A stretch of DNA of 64,000 nucleotides from Adineta vaga. Its lineage: Eukaryota; Animalia; Rotifera. The notes under the pieces were generated by a model that saw only the letters and a list, made by a program, of their open reading frames with translations, was not told the origin of the DNA and ran no database searches. This document shows positions 40,696 through 54,336 of the stretch, one piece after another. The translations under genes were made by a program, and so were the position numbers. Position 1 is the first letter of the stretch. Each line of letters starts with the position of its first letter. The stretch spans positions 6,696,001 through 6,760,000 of the forward strand of contig CP075497.1 in the NCBI GenBank assembly GCA_021613535.1, given 5' to 3'.

Positions 40696-41869
40696 TAGAT
40701 TAGATGAAATATCTTCTTTTTTTCTAAAATACTAAAACAGATGTTTGCTAATTCTGTTCTGTTGCCTTGTTGCAATCTCTGTCTGTCTGTCTGCCTGAAA
40801 TGAGATAGATTTGTATTGGTGTATATTTTAACCACTGATTTCTTATTCGAAAGCGAACTCTGTCGATATTTAAATATGAAAATACTTTTGCTTTCACCTC
40901 ACCGCAGTTAGTTAAGTGGATAATGTAAACAAATTTAATTGCAATTAATTGATAGCTACTTCCGATTGTTGATAATATTGTTTTTTTTCTACTTAAAAGG
41001 ACGATTCAGTCACTCTTGATTTCCCTAGAATTGTAATCATCTCTCACATGACATGAGAAAAGCAACTGGTGATCCTCTTATGAGTATATACTTCATAATT
41101 CACTCACACTTCTGACATAAAATTGAATCTAAGATGTCGTTGAAAAAGCTAAAAACAAACTTGATCTGACTTTCTCTATCAAAGGTCGACAATTCAGTTA
41201 CAGACTCCTGACATTCATTATAAACATATGACAACCATCTTTTCATCAATAATTTTCAAGGTTGAATGAAATCATATCCCATTATTTTCCTAACTCATTC
41301 ATAACTAATTCTCATATTATTACATTGAATCCTATTGATGAACAAAACACCTCCACAGTTTTTGTTCGTTCAAGTAAAAATTGCACCTATTGATTTGATA
41401 AAAAAAAAGCAACTAATCATATCATCCTTAAATCCACTTTTTCTTGCATATAGTCATATCAATTGATGATAAAAATGCGTATTCGTTAATCAGTTATAGT
41501 TTTTTTTTCTTTATCATCCGTATTCGGTTCTCATATGCATACATACACACGCACAAATAAAGAAGAAAATAATGACACTAGTAAAAAAAAGTGAATGAAA
41601 GAAGAAATAAAAGAGAAAGAAAGCGTTTTTCTTTTTGCACACTGTGAGACGGATGCCATCAAGGCTTGTCATTGTGGTTTTTGCGTAAGAAAACCCATAG
41701 ATAGTTGTTTCTCTCTTCTGACTAGATGCACGGGTAGAGTCTATATAGACAATGAAATGTTTTGGTTTAAAACTCTCGGTAAACCAGTACCAATCGATAT
41801 CATATAATAATGGAAGAGAAGAGAGACTGAAATTCATAACCAAATGAACAAATCAATTCAATTTTCTTG

Positions 41870-44800
41870 TCAGGATGTTTTCGATGCGATTTCAGTTGTT
41901 GTCCGTCGTTGTACGGGATAAGTCGTACGACGTAGTAGATTTATATATAATTCGGATTTAAGAAAACGTTGATAAGAATCTTTTTCCATTAAACCTTGAA
42001 TACGTCTTTGAGCACGATCGAATGTTTCCAATGGAGGATTATCAATATTGGCTATTGTTGACATACGAGTTTCAGTATCAAGATTCACCTGCAGAAAGAT
42101 TTTCATCGTTATGATTATGTTTTATATTAAATTTGATGAAAAGATATTTACCTGTTTTGGGGCACCAATAGCAATAAAATCCATATAGATTTTTTTTGCT
42201 TTTCCAGATCGTTTTGGTTCTTTACAATTTCGAAAATCGTCACATGCTAGCCAAAATTCAAGATTTTCTTCACTGAATTCTGTTCGTAAGAAAGCACGAA
42301 ATAAAGCTTGTCCATCTAGCAAAAAATCAAAATCGATTTTATTAAATCGAAGAAGAAGAAACAAAAATCTTAATTTTACATCGATGTCGAAGAAGTGCAT
42401 CAAATGATTCTTCCCATAGTTGAACATCTTCACGTGATGGTATAAGACTTTTTTCTGAAAGAGTTGCTTCGGTTGTACGACGTCGAATTAAATTAGCTGC
42501 ACGTGATTTGAAATCTTTAGCTCTAAAGAAGAAAAAAAATAATCAATCGTTGATTTAGAATATAGAGAATTTCCATACATGATTGCTGCTTTTGATTTCT
42601 TCTTCTTTGTCATCTCTGTTGTTGATGAATTACTTATTGCAGATACACGATTGTTTGAATCGTCGTCTTCACTAACGTATGTCGTGTGTTCCTAAAACAA
42701 AAAGCAAATAGATAGATATATCGATCTTCGTTACTTCTTTTTCTTTCTACTCAAGTTTCATTTCATCATCTACACTATACAATAATATGAAGATGCTCGT
42801 CTAAACAATCTCTAGTATAACCATCATACATCTTAAGTGATGATGACTGTAGTGATCGATATAGTCTATTGCATTTCTTTTCTCGCTTCTATTGTATTTT
42901 TATAGCTATCTTCAAGAGAAAGAAAGAATACGAGAGCGAAACATTGAACATATACATCGACGTCATCACTAGTCTCTACATTTCTTTTTGCCTATCATAT
43001 GTAATAAGACTCGCGAATGACGTCATTCTATTGCTCATCTACTATGCATTTCCTTCTTCTTTTTTTCCCTATCTGATTCTTGTACATGTATAGATTCGTT
43101 TCTGTTCATCGTTCAGCAACAAAAAATTATGAATATCTGTACAATGTTGATGTCTTAGAGACTTTTCTTTTTGTTTTTAAATATTACTTAATTTCATGAG
43201 AAAAAAAACTAGTAATTTATTACAGAATCCATTAGTTAATCATATAAGTGCTACACAAAGAAAGTTTGTACTTACAATAGAATTGAATATATAGAAAAAA
43301 AAGGAAATGACTATACTTTTCTATTGACTATGAAATAACTCTTACAAATAAAAAAATCCATTTCTGACTTAACTATATACAAGAGAATAATAGTTTCTTG
43401 TTTCCTATCAGTAACTACACGTATGCGAACATAATATCTTTTGTAAGCACTGAGTTTTTTTCTTCTTCTAAAACTACCATTAGAAACTCAAGTGATTTAT
43501 TTTTCAAATAGGAAAGATATCATGAATACTCATGTAAAGTATCAATGTAATAAGTAATCATACTTCTAACTTCCATCAAGCATACAAAATTCTATTAAAC
43601 TTACTAAAAATCAAACGCACTGCATTTGCGTGAATGTTTTTCATGAATTATTATTTATTCAGTGAATCAGATCCAAAATAAACTAAATCAATGTCTTTAA
43701 ATACTATGAATACAGATTGAAAGAGGGAGAGAGAGAGAAAACAACAAATTATTCACCTGAAATTCATTTTGAGACGATAAAATATATAGCAAAAGGAAAG
43801 TTGTTTATTCAAAATGAAAAGAAAATGTTTACTAGAAAAAAGAAGAAGAAAAGCTTCGCTTTTTTTCTGTTATAAAGAACTAAATGAGAATCCTTACGGC
43901 CGTTTTCTTATTATTCTTAGAAATTTTCTAAGCAGATTATTTTACAAGAAAAATAACATCAAACAAGCTAATGCATCAAGTGTCGAAAAATTTGACTTCA
44001 ATATAGATTACCTTTTGTCGATGAAGAATATCATCAGGACTACGCGAACGTAAGTTATGAAAAGGTTTAAGTTGATTGATTGTTGTTGCTGAACGTGCAC
44101 GATAGAAAGGTAATAAGGATGACATTTAAATCTCTCAATGTGTTTCCAGCACACAATAGAAGAAATCGAAGATGTGAAACATATACAAATGTAAGAACGT
44201 CGACCTGCGACGACAATTGTCTCTACCACTCAATTCTTAACTATTGATCATTTGTGTGATGTATGTGTAGCTATGTGAATATGAAATGGTGATGATGATG
44301 ATGATGATGACGATGACGACGATGTCAGTAACACAGAAAAGAAAGAAGTACCACTATAATGCAGAAGACTAGACGTTCTCTCGCATTCATATACAAAAAA
44401 AAGAACAACAACAAACGGCATGCTGCACTATGTTCTCTCGTTCTTCCTGCAAAGGGAATTAAAAACTTATGGGGGTGTGCGATTAGATGAAAACTCGATG
44501 AGAAGTAAGCAAAAAAAAGAAAAGAAAGCGAATAGACAGAAGAAAGTATATTTATTTGAGAAAAAAGAGAACGATCTCTGAAGAAGTTGACACATGTAAT
44601 CGATTGATACATTTTGTCAATATGAAAACGAGAAAAGTGCAGAGATGAAATACATGCACAAGAAAAAAAAGTAGAAGAACGTCGCAATAGTTTATAATGA
44701 TTATCATCATTGTGTTGTTTTCATCGTTCTTTTCTTCTTCTTCTTTTTTTTCTTCCCTTGTTGTTTGCCCGAGGGCAATAAGCAACAAAAAAAAACTACT

Positions 44801-47800
44801 ACATCATTTCAGGGACCGGAAATAGGACACCATAGTCTCAATTGAAAACAATCTAAGAATGAAGCCGATTAACTTGACAGTCAATGCATGATTCTCATCA
44901 ATATCGTCTTCGCTTCCGTTATTTATTTATAAGATATTTCAAACATGAAATCTATGCTTATTCTAGAGCGAAGAAAAGCACACGAATAAAAATTTCCTAA
45001 TTAAATTAAACGAAAACTTATGTCTTATTTAGTTTTTAATCCAAATGTGTGATTTTCCTTTTAACGATGAATTACCAATCGAGACAATAGGAATATTTTA
45101 ACTAATGATATCTGTCTATCAATCAGATATTTGACATCAATAATGAGACAATAACATGGTTTTGAAGGTTATCAGCATCTATCTGACAAAATGTCATATA
45201 GAAGAAAAAAATTTGCTTACCGATCTTATTTGACTAGTTGTTGCTGTTGTTTGTTGTTGATGTGACGATGATGATGATGATGATGTTTGTTCTGTTGGTG
45301 CTGTACTCATTTCACTTTTACTTCGAGGTAAAGCTCTTTGTTGCAAATCAAGCCGATTATCAAACGAGTTCTTACGCATTTCAGGCGAAGGATTTGATTG
45401 TCTTCCATGAGATAAAGATAAATAGTGTTCATATAAAGCCATTTCTTCTGAATCATCAATACTTGATGTACCACTTATCGAAAACTCGGGTGCACTTGAT
45501 GCTGTACTCCTAGTCATAGTAGATGATGATGATGAAAACATCGGTAAAGTAGTTAACAAAGGAGTTTTAAGAAACGAAGATGATGATGATGATGATGGAA
45601 CGGATTCCGATGATAAATCCATTTGAGATGAACGTGTCGTTATCGATGGTTGTTGAACAGTTACTTTAACGCGTGGTGTTAATGTCACCGGAGACGAAGT
45701 TGAAGAAGTATTTGAGTTCGATGTCGGAGATTTCGTATTTAAATTACATTTAATAACATAATGTGACAATGGTGTTGTAGGTTTTGTTGTCGCTGATGAT
45801 AAACCATAGAGTGAATCTGTCGAATTTTCTTCATGTCCAAATGATCGAGATATTTCAGAGAAAGCACCTGAACTTGATGCATTGGAATCTTTTCGAGGTA
45901 ATAAAGATGATATTGATGATGAAGGTAATTTACCATCGATAGAAGGTGGAATTAGAGTCGATGATGTGACCATGGCACTATTGCCACTTGGAAGAGTTAC
46001 GGAATGGGGTTTCGGCGCCGTCGTTGTTCCGATTGTTTTTGACGTAGATAATAATAAAGAAGATACTCGATTTGACGGACTTGTATGTGGTGAACGAACA
46101 CTTTTACTTGTACTATCGTGATCAGTTTGAACACCCTAATAATATATGTATATATATATATATATATCGACAGACAGATAAGTGAATAAACTGAATCTGA
46201 CTTAAGAATAAAGAAAAGTAATGTGCATGTGTCTCTTGTGTACGCACTTTGTCTCCAATGAAGATACGATTATATTAGAAAGGAAAACGAATGCAATAGT
46301 TTGACGTCACAGTTCTGTTCTGTTTCTTCCAATGATGATTATTGGCTAAAAAAACTATCTCTTCATTCAGCAATCGAATACAGACTAAGCACTCGCGCGC
46401 GTATGTATATAATCTATGTTGGCTTTTCTTTTATACGCTCATTCTCTTTTCTCAACGACGTCATCGTCGACCGCGCGACGGACAATCGACGTCACATGTA
46501 AGCCCATCAATGGAAAGAAATCAAACCATTTGCTTACATACATATATATATATATGTATGTATATAAAGATATATTAACGTGCACCAGGACGAGCGAACA
46601 AGGTCTCTCGTTTTCTTTTCCGTTAGTTCTAATCGTCCTACATGTAGTGACGTCAATAAGAAATCGTTACATGTTGTTCAACAAATGACGTAAAAACTCT
46701 AATAATAATTATAGCATAAGTTTTCCTCATTTATAAATAAAAAAAGGAAAGACAGAAAGGCAGATAGCATCTGCATGAACAAATTTACGAAGATTTCATC
46801 AGATAAATAATTATAGTGGAAAAGGAAAACTGGAGCTAAAAGTAACACTCCCTAATACACAAGAACATAACTATTCTTGTCATTCTATTCAATTGAATAA
46901 ATTGTAAAGAACGTGTACATTGTTCATCCTATGTGGGTGTATGTTAGTTTTCTTCTTTTTCTAACAAATAGAAGACGTAGGTTGGTTTTGTTTATCCTTG
47001 TTACATTATTGTCATTAGTCGAATAAAAAAAAGTTCTTCTAGTTTAACATACATAAGCTAATGATAGGAAATATGACAACCTTGATTTTGAAGGAAAGAC
47101 AATGTCTAATGATGAACTAGTGAAGAAAAAGTATGAGGAAATGTTTCTCTTTCTAGAAAAAAAAACAATAACACTCGTTTTCATTAAGTTAATTTCCAAC
47201 TATACATATGGATTAATTATAACACGAAAAAAAAACATCATTTTCTGAAAGAAATTTGAGAAGAACTCTACCTTTAGGCATTCGTTTGGATGATAATATT
47301 CTTGTAATCTAGCATGGATAGATTTGGAAATCATTTATGAGAAGACAAAAAAAAAGCCGAAGAAAACATGCATATGTGAGATTTGATACTCTCCTTTCGC
47401 GCTAATCATAATCATAGACAGACGTTATCTTGGGAGAACATTTCAAAAATAAGCGTCTGATTTGTATATATACCATAATTATTGATGACGTAGGCATATA
47501 CTAATGACATTTCCACACAATTGCATTTACGTGTTCGATAGATTTCACCAGAAATCTTCTTTATTACTACGGAATAAAATAATGTAAAAATAACAAAGAT
47601 ACGTAATATCTCAATTATCGAATATTCAAGAAATTTCTTTTTTAATAAAAATTCGCATTCAATATATAAAACTCAATAATCACTTTGCTTATCATAATCT
47701 TTTTTTTCCTACTAAATTTTTAGTCATCAAAAGGTCATCGATGACAAGTAGATTTGAAAATAGGTCAACATAATCTTTTTTCACATTTCTGTTCGACAAA

Positions 47801-48679
47801 GTAGTTCAAAATTGATTACAATTACAATGAATATATTCGATTTGCAAAAACAAAATCAAGTTTTTCTCGAACAACTAGTTTTCTCATACGATCTTTATAA
47901 ATTCATCGAATAAGTAAATAAAATTACTGTCTTTTAGTTTAAATTGCTACTTACAAATACCATCATTTTCCGCTTAATTCCATCAATCTACTCATCATCG
48001 CTAATAACACAATGAAAGACAGAAAAATCTTCTATAACGAAACGCATAGATATATTTATATGTATGTGCGTGTGTGTGTTGCACTGCATATTTTGAAAAA
48101 CAACAAATAATCTAGCAATAATTATTATCAATGATCTCCTGGAACATGAGAAAGAAAATAATCGACCTACATATTTATAGAAATCCATACATCTTTCTTA
48201 GAAGAGAAAAAAATAAAGAAATATCTTTTGGTCTTTGATGAGATGACGTATGTATTAATTGCAGATTGATCAAGAAAATGTCCAATGTAGGGGGTGCCAA
48301 TTTTCTCGTCGATGTGCGTGATTTGACCTTGTCATGTTTTGTATGCACTGATGAATAGATAGAGAATCTCAAAGAAATGACGTATATCCTTGCTTTTTCA
48401 TCTCTGATCGCTATTTTAGTCTCATTCTTTCTCTCGATCTCTGCTTATACGGTTCATCCGATCGAAATAAATGATTGAACAAACAAGTAAATAAGTATTA
48501 TCTCTGAAGGTTTTCTCACAATATAATTAAACAAAGAATATGTTACTTACAGAATCTTCTCCTGTCGATGTTTCACGTCGTTTATGATTCATTGTAAAAT
48601 TGGATGACATGATCGAAAGATAAGCTGTATTAGAATTTGATGTTGTCGATTTTTTCTTATTAATCACATGTGTTGTCAT
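41870..48679 (-). CDS. Regulator of G-protein signalling (R4-like RGS) with a long Ser/Thr-rich N-terminus; longest model uses exons about 48679-48551, 46135-45221, 42691-42579, 42522-42381, 42316-42152, 42087-41870
   Basis: RGS box: [70 protein letters not shown]. Upstream exons are joined through phase-0 GT-AG sites. The RGS domain is certain; the 5' structure is inferred. Confidence 0.8.
43015..43028. promoter_or_regulatory. Palindromic CRE site GAATGACGTCATTC in an RGS intron
   Basis: Perfect 14-bp palindrome with a TGACGTCA core. Confidence 0.45.
44012..44125 (-). CDS. Putative alternative first coding exon of the RGS gene (38 aa)
   Basis: ATG at 44125 gives [38 protein letters not shown], ending in a phase-0 donor AAG|GTAATC compatible with the acceptor at 42691. 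Confidence 0.55.
44290..44325. repeat. (GAT)n/(GAC)n microsatellite
   Basis: gatgatgatgatgatgatgacgatgacgacgatg seen directly. Confidence 0.8.
46302..46693. promoter_or_regulatory. Cluster of CRE/ATF sites in a locally CpG-rich patch upstream of the large RGS exon
   Basis: TGACGTCA at 46302 and 46648, two GACGTCA variants at about 46457-46493, TGACGTAA at about 46686. Confidence 0.5.
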
Positions 48680-51600
48680 CTTTTTCAATTGATTTCTTAT
48701 TGAAATAATCCCATTTCTTTTATTTCATATTCTTTATTATTCAATGCACGTCAACAAAAATCTAAACATTTCCAAATTTCAGCAATTGTTTCGTCGTTTT
48801 AAATCTATAGATAGAATATAAAACAATAACAACAACAACAACAACAACATAGAATCAAAATTATTTCCCTAAGCTCACGCCTCCCTTCGTATAGGTATGG
48901 AGTTAGAAGAATTAAATGCGTAGGTAGGTAATTGTATCTTACGGACAAATCACATCGTATAATATAATCCTAGTATTGACATCCTCCCACTCTATATTGT
49001 TTAGAAACTACTAATACTATTAATTTCACTTGTAGCTAAAGTATCTGAACAATCAATGTATGTTTAATGAAAAAGGCATTGATGCATTAAAATAGAACTA
49101 AATTGATGGTTATTCTATTAACAAAAGGTATTTTTCTTTTTTCTTTTGTCAAGCACGTACGAACTGTCTTGTTCTTTATTCTTAAGCATTATATGTAGAA
49201 ACATGTTGATGAGAAAAAAAAACTAAAAATCTATTTTCTCAAGTCGATTCAAACATCCGTTTGCCGCCTCTCTAGAAATATAACTCATGATAACTAGCTT
49301 GAATGATAGTTATGTTAGACAAAGGAAAAGAGTTTTTCCTTTTTCTATATAATTTGATATGAAACGAAGTAAGTAAGAAAGAAAGAAAAAAAATCAAAAG
49401 AATGCCGAAGAGATTTTTGGGATCTATTTTCTTTTTTTTTCTCGATCAACTAATGCACTCAGAGAATAGTTAATTGAAATCACAAGACTAATATTAGATT
49501 TATAATTTAAGATACTATTAATATTTTCTTTTAAAAGACGATAAAAAGAAAAGAAGAAATTAAACCAACCGTATTTACGAAAAAATATATTTAAATATTG
49601 AATAAAACGATCATAACAGAATGTTTGTTTTAGTATGTTGAATGACGAGTAATCTAAACGTATTTCAAACGTTTTTTTACGACTCTACTCTTCACGTTTC
49701 ATCTGTGTTAGATTGTCGTCGAATCGCTAAATATCGTATTGCTATTTCTTCTTCGTCTTCTATTTTTTTTTTGTATAGAAAAAAGAAAAAAAGAATAGAA
49801 AAACGCACAAGCTGCGTACGTCAATGTTCGTATTCATATGAAAACAACACAATATTTCTTTTTGTACACCCACTAACATACGACACGATCATCAAAATGT
49901 ATTCGATTATAACGAATAATTTTCTGTTTAATATTTATCGAATAGAATAACTAATCACGTAAACAGGAAGATTAATTACCATAAAATAACACAAACTTCT
50001 GATTAGAGAACAATTCAACATTAAGATATGATCTACATATTTCTAAATCGTTCGTTTTCATATGAGTCAAATTTAACTTCCTACTTAATCATGTGCTGTC
50101 TCACTAGCTATAAAAAGCATGTCTTCCGCCGTTCTCTCTCTTTCTTTTTTGTGTTATATCAAGAATGACAAGTGCATCAACTTATTTTACTAAATGCTGA
50201 CAACTTCCTTCAATTGCGCGTGATTTTATTCTTAGTATTACTAATCTTCTATTTAATCGTTGGAAGAGAATAGATTTTTGTCGACATGATAATCTACTTA
50301 CTAGATTTTGATATTCGTGCATGATTTAATCGATTAAATTAATGAAAATAATTAAATGGAAGTTTGTCAACGATTAGAAAAAAGAAATTCTAAATAGCAA
50401 AACGTTAGTTTACCTTTGTATATTTATTTCTCATTCAATAGTGTCAGAATGTGTAAAAATGCAAAGCATGAAAACAAATTTGTTGTGTACATTAAACGAG
50501 ACAAAATATTGACGATGCAATCGACCATAAATTGTATCTGTTATAAAGGGAAAAGAAGGGAAAAAAAAGAAATTCTGTTTTATTATACTAGATTGTGTAG
50601 GTGGATGTCTATAAGTTTAGAAAAAAAAAGAAAGAAAATTTCAAGTGACACTTCGATTTATTCATTTCCTTGAACAAATTATGTCAGATGGTCAATACTT
50701 CGAATAAAAGACATCAAATTTTATATGTTTTCTTTTTATCGAATTTTTGCTAATTATTTGAGATTCAAGGTAGTGATAATTGGGTGTGTCACTATAGATG
50801 GTATCTATATTTTATTTATAGATAGTTGAAATAGTACAAAGAGAAATGTTATATAAATATTTATATATATATGGAATAATAATTAATAAGGAATAGAAAT
50901 GTCTTCGACGATTAATTAAGGAGTAATCATCGAACATGAACATAATCTTTTCCTAATTGGATAGGTAGCTTTTTTTATCACGGAAAAGGTATTAAACTAA
51001 GCACTTTATTACAAAAGAAAATGCATGTTTGTCAATTAGGTTTTTTCTCATGAGAATTATCGAGTTATAACTTGAGTTCTCTTAATCATGATCTACTGAT
51101 ATATCGACTTCAAGGTCATTAGTGGCTAAAACTATGTTGTTTATCATGAACAAGAATTAATTAGTTTTTAATAATCTTGTTCAGTATTCAAGTGATGAGA
51201 TAAAGTTCAAGAGCAAATATATATGAATGATTGATCGTTATAGATGAATAAAAAAGTGTAAAAGAATGATAGAGATTTTTCTTTCTATATGATGTATGAT
51301 CTAAATCATTGATTTCATTTTTTACGACGTAAATAGAAATAAAATTTTGTTTTATCAATGTTAGAGAATCTATTCTTCTTCACTATCTGAAGGAGTAATG
51401 TAAAAAGAAAAGGAGTAGATAAGTGTTTGACTGAAAGATATATATTCTAATTTTGATTCAACAGCATTCTTAAAAAGTTTTCATTTTTGTTGTTGAAAAC
51501 TTAAAACAAAAAAGAACTTAGTTTTGTTGACATAATCTTTTCAATGTTTCATCTCGTTATCGCATAGAGACATGTCATTCTACAAGAAAGTATTCAACGA

Positions 51601-51929
51601 GTGTAAAATGAAGGTAATTCAAGTGATTAAATTTTAATTTGCTAAGTAACTAGAAAACACGCTCATTTAAGATTATATGTCTATCAAGGTTGATACTGTG
51701 AATAGAATTTTTTCAGTTTGTTTCACAATTTATCTTTTGTAATAGATAGAAAATAGTGAAATATGTACAGAAGCACATCAGTCTTTTTTGTAAGTTTGAA
51801 ACGAGTGCAGTGCATACATGAAATATATATATATATTTTGATAAGCAGGAAGAATGGAAACTTTCAGAAGAGAAATGTTTTTACAAGATGTTCGTATCCA
51901 TCCTACTCATTACATATGAAAGCAATGGC

Positions 51930-54090
51930 AATGAATAGGAACATTTTCTGCCATATATTAAAATCATTATTCAATGTCACACCAGATGTAGTATATGTGA
52001 TTCCTCGTGAGTAACATGTTGTTTGTTTTAAATCAATATAATCAGATACTTTTGCTATGTGCGCATATTCAGACACATTTCATTTGTAGTTTTCTCACCA
52101 CCGTAGAAGAGGAGATACTTGTTCAAAAATATCAAAGAAACTTTTTCTTACAAATTTTGTTGTATTCTTATTCATTGTATTATAGATACAGCGTGTGCTG
52201 AATTCATCACCCTGAAAAAATTGTAAACTTTTACTTCAAATTACCTATGAAATTCATATGCTTCAGCATTGAATAAATATTCAACAGCAGTTTTATTTCG
52301 AATAAGTTTTGTCCATACAGTTCTTCCTAATATTCATCAATATCGAGATGTTAACTTTATACATAATTCTAAAATTTACTTTGCAAATGTGTATGTGGAA
52401 ATGCACTAAATACAGTAATTCCACTTGTTGGTAAGCGCTTCAACAGATCTCAATAGATTAAATATGAACGGTTATTTTTTCAAACATACTAAAGTTGCAC
52501 TGGCTGGACAATAGGTATCAACGACAAAACTTTGAACACGAGGTGGAATTGATAAACTAAGCGAATATGGCTTGTTTCGAATGTTAAATAACCGATATGA
52601 TATTGTCAAAGTTGACTAGTAACATAAAAACGAATGCCTGAATTGTCAATACAGTCTAATAGAAAATAAACAAAAAAGAAACATAATGGTATTTAGTTTC
52701 TAACATAATACTCACTAGTGCATAATTGTGGATTACTGTAATGCATTTGAATGACATAATATTTGACAGAGAAATTATTACCAGTTGGATAACCAGCTTC
52801 CGGGGGAAATTCAGACATCTATTTCAAGGTTAATTTCTATGAATAGTTCGACTTAATGTTTGAATTCTTACCAAATCTTCACCAACTGCCCAACCAGTAG
52901 CAATGTTTGTCATATATGGTGCTATTTTATTATAAATATTTTCACATATATCACTTGATAAATCTGAATCATTAAAACGAGCTGAAGGATCACATTCGTA
53001 CATCAATAGATGATGAATATGCATTGTATCAGTTGAATTCAGTAGAATTTTATGCTATAGAGATCAATTCAATTCAAATACAATGTTAGAAGAAATAATA
53101 CATACAGTTATAACGTGTCGTTTCGTAGTATAGATAGCTGGTGCTTTATGAACTTTGCAATGATAGACCGTATCTGTAGTTGGAATGGTGTACTATATCG
53201 GATTGAATATACAAGATACATATACAGTAAGAAAATATGTACATGCATTATTTAATCGAAAATCGAAATAATTCATCGTTGCAAATTTACTTTTCACTGG
53301 TGGATCACTGTATGATCGAAGAGATAATGAATAGATACCTCTACGATCTTGATGATATGTTATACCATTGTTAGGAGGATTCCGAGATGGATCAACAAGA
53401 CCAAATGCAAAGATAAGATGATTAGTACCGGACTATATAGAAATAAAGTATTGATGGTAGTTCTACTGAAAAATCATAAATTTCTGTTCTCAAAATAACG
53501 AAGTTTCTTTTCTTGGACGCCAGAAGTTGTTTTTTTTTAAATTTTACTTTGATAGGGACATCCATGGAATCACATGTGTCAAGGTGACGTTTAAAATGAA
53601 TGGCTGTCCAACCGTTTTGTTCACGACCTTGCAGAGCAAGCCAATCAGTAATATTATCAATCGAAGGTATACCATGTTGTGATGCATACTAATCCTAAAA
53701 AATTTAGTTAAACTATCGTTGTTCACATAAATGAAGGATGAATACGGTACTTGAAAACGAACTACACTATTCTGTTCAATTCATCCAACACCCATATCAG
53801 CTCCAGTCATTCCTCCAGCTAAATCAGGCGATGTCATGAATGTTAAACTATGAAGTAAATTTCTTACGTGGACTAACTCCTAACGCAGTTCATCCTATTG
53901 TTTTTATATGTAATTCAAAAAGAATCAATTTATTAACATTATCTACAGACCACTAAAGATCAGCTATATCTTTTCGAAGTTACAATGTATGAACATGGCT
54001 TCAGACTAATGAAAGAAAAACTTCTCTAAATATCATACAAGGAAACAACTACTCTGTCAAAAACAAAAATATAGTTAAAAAATGCTCCAT
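51930..54090 (-). pseudogene. MOXD1: DBH-like monooxygenase (MOXD1; DOMON plus copper type II ascorbate-dependent monooxygenase) pseudogene
   Basis: Recognisable FELHIKTIG*TALGVSP-GGMTGADMGVG*, FKRHLDTCD, HIHHLLMYEC, WAVG, FPPEAGYP, IQMHYSNP, DNSGIRFY, FPHTHL and NEMC. In-frame stops at 53980, 53953, 53890, 53781, 53689 and 52606, plus an apparent frameshift near 52560. The 3' boundary is approximate. Confidence 0.85.
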
Positions 54091-54336
54091 TTTTTCAAAA
54101 ATTTATTCTTCAAAAATCCTTAGTTTTTAAGTAAAATGTCTTTGCTTTTACACTAACTATTTGTGCTCTAAACAACGCCAAAACATTATTAAGGTTCTGA
54201 ACAAGAGTACGCAATTATAATATACCAAAAAACGATTGTTGTTATTATAGAATTGAATATTTATTCATCAACAAAAATATAATAATAATATTACATAAAC
54301 GACGTTATTTATATAAACAGTAATCTAAGAAAAAGC

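Noticed and set aside
48700-51900. Possible gene or transposon upstream of RGS
   Set aside because: No transposase or RT motifs, terminal repeats or credible exons seen; treated as upstream regulatory DNA.
52600-54000. Stop-codon reassignment (TGA/TAG read as Trp) or selenocysteine in the MOXD1-like gene
   Set aside because: All three stop types occur, at Trp, Arg and Glu-like positions, alongside an apparent frameshift. Neighbouring genes use TGG for Trp and terminate at TAA, TAG and TGA normally.
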